This document shows, in pieces, positions 1 through 8,704 of a stretch of DNA of 45,984 bases (position 1 is its first letter; the number at the start of each line of letters is the position of its first letter). The stretch is from an uncultured Clostridia bacterium (lineage in GTDB: Bacteria > CAYTYR01 > UBA6262). The notes under the pieces were generated by a model. The model was not told the origin of the DNA. It worked only from the letters and a program-made list of their open reading frames with translations, and searched no databases. The position numbers and the translations under genes are program-made. The stretch is from positions 62,001 to 107,984 of the forward strand of contig CAYTYR010000006.1 in NCBI GenBank assembly GCA_964441745.1. Reading direction: 5' to 3'.

Positions 1-1491
1 CTCGCCTGTGCCGGCAGATATTGACCTGATCTTTCTTCCGGTAATATCGAATATCTTGATCTCTTCAGCTAAACCGCTGAAATCTGCCAGGTCGTTCTTG
101 CCATCGCCATTGGGCGTGATAATCTTGTTACCTGGCCGATAATCTTCAGGACTGAGAGAAGTGACTGGGAATAAGGCATAATAGGCGAATTGGCTGGTTT
201 TGACAGTAATAGTGTTTTCGTCAAGATCCTGGGTGTGAACCCCTTTGACCAATCTCCATTTAAAGCCATCCCACCAAAACATCTTGAGACTGGCTTCATT
301 AATGGTGGCATTGCCATCACGATCTTCTAACCCATCTACTATCCCATTATTATCCAGGTCAAAATAGAGCAGAGTGAGATCGACATTTTTTAAGAACCTG
401 GCGCTGTTGGGTGTTAGATTAAAAATCATAGCTGGTTTTTCTGATAAAGAAAAGCTTGGCGCGGCCGGGCAAGAAGAAGAAGTCTCGTCAATTTGCGTTA
501 AAGTAACATCTAAGTCCTGCGCTACTGCCCCTCTGGGCGCAACGATCTGCACTTCACCGTCATAAGGATTGCCATCTACCACATTGATCGTAGATCCTGA
601 GGTGCTAATTTGCCCTGTGGTTCTACGGGATATGGTAACCGGATGAAATTGAATTTGGGCCGGGTCTTCGAATTCCTCTGTCGTCTGGTCAGGAGAATAG
701 GCGATAGTACTTCCCGCCTGGGTAGAGATTATATATTGCAGTTCGCCGGTAGAGAGGGCCGCTGCCGTGACCTCGCTAGCGGGAATTTCAAACGCATAAT
801 CCGTGGTATTGTTGCCTTTAGCTGTACTCAAAGTTGCTGATTTTTGGGTCCAGGCAGTCACTCCTTTACGGCGATAGTAAAGTTTAACCGTCGGAGCGCT
901 GGTGCTGGCAATATTCGTAGTAATGACTGCCTTATTACCGATCAATCCTATATTGCTCAACACCGGGTACGTAGTGACTCCGTAACCTATATAAATCGAG
1001 CTAATATCCATAAGTAAGGTAGAGGAAGCGCCGGCCCTTCCTGAGCCAGTATTTGTTTGTCCGGTGATTCTGAGTTGGATTTTCTTGCCTAAATATGAAG
1101 TATCATAAGGGATAGTAAAATTTACCGCTGTATCTTGAGTGCCGTTATTGGCAATAGAGAAAGTGGCCGGGGTAATCGTGACCGTAGAGGTGTCAGGATA
1201 AGCTTCATAGCCAGCGGCTAAAGTAATGCCGCTATTTAAAGCCGAGCAAATCACTTCATCAGTTTCATAACCAGTATAAGTCCAGGTAATATCCATGGCT
1301 ATTAAGTCTTTCAAGTTATAAGAAGAGCCTATTTTCAGGTCGCTTAACAAAACAGAAGGTAAATTATTGCTTAAACTTACCGCCAGGAGAGGAGTAGCGG
1401 AAAAGAACATAGTTAGAAAGCAACCAATAAGTATCGATAAAAATCTTTTTTCTATCAGTTGTCCTTTCCTTGCTTTTAAATCAGGGCTCAT
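1..1491 (-). CDS. Secreted protein (partial, runs off the window) with beta-rich domains and a C-terminal gliding-motility/CHU_C-like sorting domain
   Basis: Missing from the ORF track because there is no stop in the window. Hand translation from ATG 1491 (RBS AGAAGGAG) stays open to base 1: MSPDLKARKGQLIEKRFLSILIGCFLTMFFSATPLLA (signal-peptide-like) ... DLDNNGIVDG ... KIITPNGDGKNDLADFSGLAEEIKIFDITGRKIRSI. Confidence 0.85.
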   Translation of the reverse strand, partial: MSPDLKARKGQLIEKRFLSILIGCFLTMFFSATPLLAVSLSNNLPSVLLSDLKIGSSYNLKDLIAMDITWTYTGYETDEVICSALNSGITLAAGYEAYPDTSTVTITPATFSIANNGTQDTAVNFTIPYDTSYLGKKIQLRITGQTNTGSGRAGASSTLLMDISSIYIGYGVTTYPVLSNIGLIGNKAVITTNIASTSAPTVKLYYRRKGVTAWTQKSATLSTAKGNNTTDYAFEIPASEVTAAALSTGELQYIISTQAGSTIAYSPDQTTEEFEDPAQIQFHPVTISRRTTGQISTSGSTINVVDGNPYDGEVQIVAPRGAVAQDLDVTLTQIDETSSSCPAAPSFSLSEKPAMIFNLTPNSARFLKNVDLTLLYFDLDNNGIVDGLEDRDGNATINEASLKMFWWDGFKWRLVKGVHTQDLDENTITVKTSQFAYYALFPVTSLSPEDYRPGNKIITPNGDGKNDLADFSGLAEEIKIFDITGRKIRSISAGTGE

Positions 1492-1519
1492 ACTCCTTCT
1501 CCTTTTTTTCTTTTGTTTC

Positions 1520-1554
1520 TTGGTGTGCAGGCGCTTGAGACGCCTGCACACCAA
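1520..1554. other. Perfect 14-bp intergenic stem-loop (mRNA stabiliser or attenuator candidate)
   Basis: TTGGTGTGCAGGCG-cttgaga-CGCCTGCACACCAA just after the stop of the upstream gene; no U-tract follows on the transcribed (-) strand. Confidence 0.7.
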
Positions 1555-1564
1555 ATTTATTTAT

Positions 1565-2740
1565 TTACAGAACAGCGTTAGCAGTTACCACTACGATAAT
1601 TTCCAAATTGCCAGTCACCGTACTGGAACCAGGCAATTTCATACCGATAGAAAGGTCTCTCAGTTCAGCAGGATTAACATTAGCTCCGTTGGAAGGACTG
1701 CCAGCGATGCCATAAATCCCGGCACTGGAAGCGTCTCTTTGAGTTAAACCGATCGTATCTCTGTCCGTTGCGCTTAATGTACCTTTGTAATCAGCTATCA
1801 CCGGCCTAGATCCGGTAGCAGTGAATATGCCATAAATTCCGAAACGGTTTTGCGCCAGGGTACCCACAGCGGTAAGATCTGCTTGTGGTTCTTGGACTGA
1901 CCATCCGCCAGGATTAACAACATTGAGAGAATAGTTACTAACAGATTTGCCAATGTTTTCCACTATGAAGTGGTTATGCAGTTCATTGAGGATCATGGAT
2001 GAATCTATAGCAGCGTTAGCTGTTAGTGGTTGAGTCATGCTGAGATCAGTGAAGTCCACATTTTGGGTAACAGATACGCCAACTACGCCGGTAGTCATAG
2101 TAACAATAACTTTTCCGGAATTACCGCCAGAATATCTTACATTATCCAGCAGAAGTTCAATCAGCGAGCCGTTTGCAGCGTTCTGATTACTGGTCATAAC
2201 AACATAAAATAGTCTGTTGACGCCTGACAAATTACGGCCGGAGAGAGAAATTTGCCCAGATTGCCACATTTGGGAGGCGGCAGGCAAATTGGTCACTGCT
2301 ACTTCCACTCCATTAGAATCAAACATGGCGATCTTGGAAATATTTACATCCGCAACCATTGACGAACCTCTCAGGTAACTAAAATCCAAAGTGGTTGTCC
2401 CAGCCAGGTTTAAAGTATCGGTTGAACTACCATTAACCTGCACTACGCGGGCAGACCAGCTTTCTTTGTTCATGTCATACATGATCTGCGCCACCGTGTT
2501 GGCGGCATCTAATGGGTCAGCTACTACTGGATCATTAAACGGACCGGTAGGACTGGTAGCCATCTGAGTATTGATAGCATGGGTGCGTCCATCAACGGCA
2601 TAGTCAGCCTGAGCTGATCCCTGCCACTGCGACATAGGATATAACCAACTATCCTTAAATACGTCTTGGTCAGCATGAGCCATGGTAACGAAGCTGGCTA
2701 ATGCTAACATTGCAACTACGAGCACTAACAATTTCTTCAT
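1565..2740 (-). CDS. Secreted hypothetical protein with two beta-rich domains
   Basis: ORF 1565..2776; better start ATG 2740 (RBS AGGGGAAG) gives the signal peptide MKKLLVLVVAMLALASFVTMAHA. Confidence 0.85.
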   Translation of the reverse strand: MKKLLVLVVAMLALASFVTMAHADQDVFKDSWLYPMSQWQGSAQADYAVDGRTHAINTQMATSPTGPFNDPVVADPLDAANTVAQIMYDMNKESWSARVVQVNGSSTDTLNLAGTTTLDFSYLRGSSMVADVNISKIAMFDSNGVEVAVTNLPAASQMWQSGQISLSGRNLSGVNRLFYVVMTSNQNAANGSLIELLLDNVRYSGGNSGKVIVTMTTGVVGVSVTQNVDFTDLSMTQPLTANAAIDSSMILNELHNHFIVENIGKSVSNYSLNVVNPGGWSVQEPQADLTAVGTLAQNRFGIYGIFTATGSRPVIADYKGTLSATDRDTIGLTQRDASSAGIYGIAGSPSNGANVNPAELRDLSIGMKLPGSSTVTGNLEIIVVVTANAVL

Positions 2741-2852
2741 GTGCTTCCCCCTTGTTTTTTTGCCCCAAAAGCACATCCGTGACTTTCGTGGCTGTTTTAT
2801 TTTTATTTACCGGGTGCTCCGGTAAAACAAAAATCCGAGTCATGTGTTACCT

Positions 2853-2950
2853 TAACTCGGCAGCCCGGCTAACCTCATTTGTATATGGTTATTCCAGTGG
2901 TCCCGTGGCTTTGCGTCCCTGCCTTGCGACAGGTTTGCCTTTTCGGCTAA
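2853..2950 (-). promoter_or_regulatory. c-di-GMP-I (GEMM) riboswitch
   Basis: Minus strand reads GAAAAGGCAAACCTGTC-GCAA-GGCAGGGACGCAAAGCCACGGG...GGTTAGCCGGGCTGCCGA, matching the GEMM consensus (GGCAAACC, GNRA tetraloop, GGGACGCAAAGCC, AGCCGGGCTGCCG); lies in a 5' UTR. Confidence 0.9.
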
Positions 2951-2980
2951 ATTTTCAAATTAATTTTTGTGCTTTATAAT

Positions 2981-3008
2981 ACAATAGCACAAAACAGTGT
3001 TTTGTCAA
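2981..3008 (-). promoter_or_regulatory. Putative sigma70 promoter upstream of the riboswitch
   Basis: TTGACA-16 nt-TATTGT with extended TG, about 30 nt before the aptamer. Confidence 0.55.
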
Positions 3009-3053
3009 GCGCTTTTTATTTAAAAACGATTACACAGATTATAAAAGAGATTA

Positions 3054-3080
3054 CCCGCCAAAGAGCGCCGGCGGGCGCAG
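3054..3080 (-). repeat. 27-bp palindromic mini-element, copy 1
   Basis: Reverse complement CTGCGCCCGCCGGCGCTCTTTGGCGGG; similar to 6314-6340 and 11594-11621. Confidence 0.75.
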
Positions 3081-3094
3081 CACCGATCAAAGCT

Positions 3095-4537
3095 TTAGTT
3101 CTTCCGGCGATATTCCAGGTAAGCGTTGATCGATCCTGATTTTTCAAACAACGACCAGAAAGTATCCATGACCATTGACGCTTTGAGCTCCTTGAATTGG
3201 CTGATATTCTGCCCCATGACCTGGAGATAGTCTTCAGCTGAAACTTGCCCTTTCAGCAGTTTTTCCTGCAGCACATCGTTGAAACTATAGGCCATTTCTT
3301 TCTGTATGGCTTTTTTAATTTTTGCTTTACTGGCATTATGCATCATCATATCCTTTATTATATTATTGATCGGCAGCAATTCATAGCAGGCAGTGTAGCC
3401 ATAATAACCAGTGTGGTTACAGACACTGCATCCTTTACCTTTAAACATCGTGATCGCGCTACCCTTAACCTTTAAGCCCATTTTCCTGGCTGTTCTCCCT
3501 GTAATATTATAAGGTGTCTGGCAATAAGGACAGACCGCCCTGACCAGTTTCTGTTCAGCAATTAAAATCAGGTTTTCAATAACTGAGTAGTGGTTGGTCC
3601 TTTTATTTTGAAAATCCATAAGAAAATCAACGATATTCTGGTCTGTATTGATCGTCCCAATGACCAGGTTACCCTTTTCCGCCATCCGGCCAAGCCCATT
3701 CCAGCTTTCCACCCCTTGGATGTTTTCTACGGCCAGGATATTTGGATTAAACTGATTGATGCTATCGATCGTTATATTCATATCCTGGTCATTGGCACCT
3801 GAAATTTCCAGCTGGTTCACGCATTCCATCTTATAATCCATCTTTCTTTCTATGGAAACGATGTCATTATCCGGGAAATTCAACTGCCGGAGACTGGCAT
3901 AAACTGTAGTCTTTTTGCCGCTATCTTCCGGACCAATGATCAGCAGGCACCCTTTTTGCATTTCCAGGTATTTATCAAAAACCTGCAATTGCCGCGGGGT
4001 AAAGCCCAATTGTTTCAACGGCAGGAAATAACTATGCAACGGGACATTTTCAGCCGTCTGCTCAAACCGGCCTTCCCGGGAGTAATAACGGGCAATGGCC
4101 TGTTTTAATTCCTTGGGGCTGGCGATATAAGACTTAATATGATACCCGGTCAGGAGAGCCAGCACCTTTTTCAGGAACTGGTTGGCCGGGTCACTCATGG
4201 CGACCCAGAGCGTATCATCTTCTACTTTTACCGGCAAGATCAAATTGCGCTCAGCCAGGTTTTCCGGTATCCTGTGGATAATAGTATTGTCGATCTGCTC
4301 TGCGTCACCTAATCTAATATAAGGAGAATCAAGCTGTTTACCTAACAGGTTTAAAACCAATTCCTCATTAGTGTAGCCCAGATTGACTAAAATCTCTCCC
4401 AATTTCTTGCTTGATCTTTGTTGTTTGGTCAAGGCCGTTTTCAACTGGCCTTCATCAATCAACGAAGCATCAAGTAACATTTCACCTAATTTTTTTTGCG
4501 TGTACCTGGCAGGGTTGTCCCAGCTAAGAGGTCTCAT
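3095..4537 (-). CDS. MshEN-domain PilB/GspE-like protein with a degenerate ATPase domain
   Basis: Start ATG 4537 (RBS GAGGAG). Tandem KLGEMLL..LI..QLKTALTKQ / KLGEILVNLG motifs; Walker-A-like GPEDSGKKTT; CPYC...CSVC zinc motif; GYYGYTACYELL. Confidence 0.85.
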   Translation of the reverse strand: MRPLSWDNPARYTQKKLGEMLLDASLIDEGQLKTALTKQQRSSKKLGEILVNLGYTNEELVLNLLGKQLDSPYIRLGDAEQIDNTIIHRIPENLAERNLILPVKVEDDTLWVAMSDPANQFLKKVLALLTGYHIKSYIASPKELKQAIARYYSREGRFEQTAENVPLHSYFLPLKQLGFTPRQLQVFDKYLEMQKGCLLIIGPEDSGKKTTVYASLRQLNFPDNDIVSIERKMDYKMECVNQLEISGANDQDMNITIDSINQFNPNILAVENIQGVESWNGLGRMAEKGNLVIGTINTDQNIVDFLMDFQNKRTNHYSVIENLILIAEQKLVRAVCPYCQTPYNITGRTARKMGLKVKGSAITMFKGKGCSVCNHTGYYGYTACYELLPINNIIKDMMMHNASKAKIKKAIQKEMAYSFNDVLQEKLLKGQVSAEDYLQVMGQNISQFKELKASMVMDTFWSLFEKSGSINAYLEYRRKN

Positions 4538-4618
4538 TACGCATGTCTCCTCGGTAATTTTCTCGTGGCTAATTACCGTTCTGAACCTCTTTATAATAAA
4601 ATTTGGATTCCCAATTAA

Positions 4619-4646
4619 AATATAACACAAATTTCCAGGTTGTCAA
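4619..4646 (-). promoter_or_regulatory. Putative sigma70 promoter
   Basis: TTGACA-16 nt-TATATT with extended TG, upstream of the PilB-like gene. Confidence 0.5.
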
Positions 4647-4668
4647 GGTCTTTCTGAATATTTACCTC

Positions 4669-5943
4669 TTATTTAGACCAGACAAACCAGATAAATAAAT
4701 ACGCTGCGGTCACGGCAGTAAGCGTAAAAGGCAAACCTATTTTTACAAATTCCTTAAAACTTACTTCGTAGCCTTCTTTTTTTAGCAGGCTGCAAGCCAC
4801 AATATTTGCTGAAGCCCCGATCGGAGTGATATTGCCGCCCAGGCTTGCCCCGATCAACAATCCAAACATCAGCAATTCCGGTCTTATCCCAAGAGTACCA
4901 GACATAGCTATAGTTACCGGCAGCATCGCTGCCAGGAATGGGACATTATCAATAAAAGCAGAAAGAAAAACAGAAATAAATACGATCAGGGTATAGCCCA
5001 GGAATATATTTGAACCTACTAATCCCGAAAGATAATTAGAAATAACCTTGATCCAGCCGTTTACCGTCAGACTGCCCACCAGCACAAAAACACCAGCCAG
5101 AAAAAAAGTCGTATCCCAATCTAAAGACTTGATGCTTGTCAGGATATTTTCTTTAGCAACAATGTCTTTCCAAAGCAAGGCAATTATACCGGCTATCACA
5201 CAAAGTATGCCGGCCAGATACGAAAAATTAGCGTCAAAAAATGACGATAAGGCTAAAAGAACGATCAAGGCCAACAAAATGCCAGCCGGAACCCAGGATC
5301 TGATCTTCTCTACTTCGATCGCTTTGTTTTTCTCTTTAAGCTCCCTGAAAAAAAGATATAAAACGCCAAAGGAAACAAGCGCTCCAAGCTCTACCGCAAA
5401 GAAAATACTGGGCCGGCCCTGGTAAAAGAAGAAATCAGCAAAAGACATTTTGGCAAAGCCGCCTAAAAGCATGCTCGGTGGATCACCGATCAAAGTAGCC
5501 GTTCCCTGTAAATTGCTGGAAATAGCTATCGCGATCATCATTTTAACCGGATTAAAATTCAATTTTTTCGACAAAGACAAAGCCACCGGCGCCACGATCA
5601 AAACTGTTGCGACATTTTCGACAAAAGCCGAGATAAAGCCGGTCAGAGCACAAAGCCATAATATGGCCCAGGCTGTATTGGGAGCCTTATCCACAATGAT
5701 CTCGGCAAAACGGGCTGGTACGCGGCTATCCATAAAAATATCAGCGACGATCAGCATCCCTACAAAAATGCCCATGATATTCCAGTTAATAGCGGAAATA
5801 GCGTCTTGCCAGGAGATCGCTCCTAATAGCAGCAACAGTAATGCTCCCGTTAAAGCGATATGAGTCCTGTACTTAGTAAAGAAAATAAAACTGACATATA
5901 CCGTTATGAAAATAACTAAAGTTGCTATCCTGGGATCAATCAA
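4669..5943 (-). CDS. ArsB/NhaD/SLC13-type (IT superfamily) permease
   Basis: 424 aa, very hydrophobic; SAFVENVATVL, ATLIGDPPS, SAFIDNVPF and GGNITPIGASAN motifs. Confidence 0.85.
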   Translation of the reverse strand: MIDPRIATLVIFITVYVSFIFFTKYRTHIALTGALLLLLLGAISWQDAISAINWNIMGIFVGMLIVADIFMDSRVPARFAEIIVDKAPNTAWAILWLCALTGFISAFVENVATVLIVAPVALSLSKKLNFNPVKMMIAIAISSNLQGTATLIGDPPSMLLGGFAKMSFADFFFYQGRPSIFFAVELGALVSFGVLYLFFRELKEKNKAIEVEKIRSWVPAGILLALIVLLALSSFFDANFSYLAGILCVIAGIIALLWKDIVAKENILTSIKSLDWDTTFFLAGVFVLVGSLTVNGWIKVISNYLSGLVGSNIFLGYTLIVFISVFLSAFIDNVPFLAAMLPVTIAMSGTLGIRPELLMFGLLIGASLGGNITPIGASANIVACSLLKKEGYEVSFKEFVKIGLPFTLTAVTAAYLFIWFVWSK

Positions 5944-5957
5944 AGCTATCTCCTAAC

Positions 5958-5988
5958 AAAAAGCCAGCATTACTTAATGCTGGTTTTT
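5958..5988 (-). terminator. Intrinsic terminator after tRNA-Trp
   Basis: CCAGCATTA-ag-TAATGCTGG hairpin followed by CTTTTTG on the minus strand; a T-tract also follows on the plus strand. Confidence 0.7.
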
Positions 5989-6100
5989 AATTTATTAAAA
6001 CGGGGGTGGCAGGCCTGACTACGCTAAAGCTTCTTCAGGTAAATTCGCGTTAAGCCTTACGAAGCCATCCTCCTTGCGCTTTCCGGCAGAGGCGAAGTAA

Positions 6101-6175
6101 TGGCGGGGGTGGCAGGAGTCGAACCTACAGTTCCGGTTTTGGAGACCGGTCGTTTAGCCATTAACGGACACCCCC
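6101..6175 (-). tRNA. tRNA-Trp(CCA)
   Basis: GGGGGTG/CACCCCC acceptor stem, anticodon loop CTCCAAA, GTTCGA T-loop, encoded CCA. Confidence 0.95.
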
Positions 6176-6181
6176 GTCGGT

Positions 6182-6391
6182 CGCCCTGCCGTTTGCTTCG
6201 CAAATCGTAACGCAAGGCTCTCTCCTCATAGGAGACACCCTGCGGGTTTCTCCTTCTGACGTTCGGTTGGCAAGCTGACTACCTTAAACAACCTTTCTTC
6301 CCAACCCTCAGTGCCTGCCCGCCGACGCTCTAGTGGCGGGTCATCCTCTTCCGTCTTATCCAAAGTCGGCGTTTATAACTACTAAGGTGAC
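6182..6391. repeat. tRNA-upstream structured element, copy A (carries a 27-bp insertion at 6314-6340)
   Basis: Aligns along its length with 8346-8531. Confidence 0.85.
6314..6340 (+). repeat. 27-bp palindromic mini-element, copy 2
   Basis: CCTGCCCGCCGACGCTCTAGTGGCGGG; absent from the equivalent position of paralogous copy B. Confidence 0.8.
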
Positions 6392-6426
6392 ACTACATAT
6401 GAACTAAATCACTGCCTAACAGACTA

Positions 6427-6588
6427 CTATTTCGTCTCTTTATGCATGGTGTGAGCACGGCAGAATTTACAAAACTTTTTTATCTCCAGTTTATCTGGAT
6501 GTTTCTTTTTGTTTTTAGTTAAAGAATAATTTCTTCTCTTACACTTGCTGCAAGCAAGTGTAACGATTGATAGATCCTGATTAGCCAT
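6427..6588 (-). CDS. rpmG: 50S ribosomal protein L33 (Zn-binding form)
   Basis: Missing from the ORF track. Hand translation [62 protein letters not shown]; lies between tuf and tRNA-Trp. Confidence 0.95.
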   Translation of the reverse strand: MANQDLSIVTLACSKCKRRNYSLTKNKKKHPDKLEIKKFCKFCRAHTMHKETK

Positions 6589-6606
6589 TGGAACTCCTTA
6601 AGTTTT

Positions 6607-6660
6607 CAGCGTATAGCGTGTAGCGTATAGACAAACAAAACCATTACACTTTACACTGCT
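6607..6660. repeat. TAGCGTA heptamer hairpin repeat (decayed right arm)
   Basis: CAGCGTA TAGCGTG TAGCGTA TAG ... TTACACT TTACACT. Confidence 0.6.
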
Positions 6661-6669
6661 TTATTGTTA

Positions 6670-7869
<1,200 letters not shown>

Positions 7870-7880
7870 ACAAGCGCCTC

Positions 7881-8246
7881 CTAATTTGATTTTTGCTCAA
7901 ATTTACTGTGTAGCATATTAAATAAGTATTTATTTAACCGGTGGCGATCGTTCAGATCCATTTCTATAAATTTAATACCCATCTCATATCGGTTGTTTTC
8001 CGCTGTATTGATCTTCTCCTGCCAGACGACCTCACCTTTAGCTTGCAGCGGATCAGCTTCGGTAGGCAAGTTTATCTCCAACCAAAGAATAGTATTTGGC
8101 TTAAGCTGCTCTTTAACCTCTATTTTGACTCCGCCCGCGCTAATGTCGCGGGAATTAGTATGATTCTGATCATCTGTGGGTAATAATACTTTATAACTTA
8201 TCTTTACTGTAGTATCCAGCCGGACAAACTTTCTACGCTCTTCCAT
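7881..8246 (-). CDS. Stand-alone PilZ-domain protein
   Basis: True start ATG 8246 (RBS GGAGGA); the longer ORF overlaps a tRNA. ERRKFVR (RxxxR) and DISAGG (D/NxSxxG) motifs, GEVVW, GIKF. Confidence 0.9.
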   Translation of the reverse strand: MEERRKFVRLDTTVKISYKVLLPTDDQNHTNSRDISAGGVKIEVKEQLKPNTILWLEINLPTEADPLQAKGEVVWQEKINTAENNRYEMGIKFIEMDLNDRHRLNKYLFNMLHSKFEQKSN

Positions 8247-8266
8247 AGTTTCCTCCTTTTTTAAAA

Positions 8267-8339
8267 AGCTGGGAACCGGGATTGAACCGGTGACCTCGTC
8301 ATTACCAATGACGTGCTCTACCAACTGAGCTATCCCAGC
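8267..8339 (-). tRNA. tRNA-Thr(GGT)
   Basis: GCTGGGATAGCTCAGTTGGTAGAGC..., anticodon loop TTGGTAA; CCA not encoded. Confidence 0.95.
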
Positions 8340-8345
8340 GTCGCG

Positions 8346-8531
8346 CGCCCTGCCGTTTGCTTCGCAAATCGGAGCGCAGGTCTTGCTCCTCATAGGAGAC
8401 ACCACTTACGTGGTTTCTCCTTCTGACATTCGGTTGGCGGACTGGCTACTATAAACAACCTGCCGTCACAACCCTCACTGTCATCCTCTTCCAGTTGCTC
8501 TAAAGTTAATGTTTATATTTAGTAAGGTTAC
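8346..8531. repeat. tRNA-upstream structured element, copy B
   Basis: Aligns with 6182-6391; several hairpins. Confidence 0.85.
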
Positions 8532-8633
8532 CCCTTGGGGTGTTTCCTAAACACTTGTCAACATTCTCCGACTACAAGGTATATATATGTTATCATTATA
8601 TGTATAGAGTGTCAATAAACAACTATTTATATA

Positions 8634-8704
8634 AGCGGGTGATGGGAATCGAACCCACATGGCTAGCTTGGAAGGCTAGAACTCTACCATTGAGCTACAC
8701 CCGC
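8634..8704 (-). tRNA. tRNA-Gly(TCC)
   Basis: GCGGGTGTAGCTCAATGGTAGAG..., anticodon loop CTTCCAA. Confidence 0.95.

Noticed and set aside
69-840. Short ORFs 69..320, 374..565 and 610..840
   Set aside because: All lie inside the long minus-strand ORF 1..1491.
1520-1554. Intrinsic terminator for the minus-strand gene
   Set aside because: It is followed by an A-rich tract rather than U on the transcribed strand.
2853-2950. 3',3'-cGAMP (GEMM-Ib) variant riboswitch
   Set aside because: The G20-equivalent position is G, as in c-di-GMP binders.
8247-8405. N-terminal extension of the 174-aa ORF 7881..8405
   Set aside because: It overlaps tRNA-Thr and the repeat element; a strong RBS supports the start at 8246.
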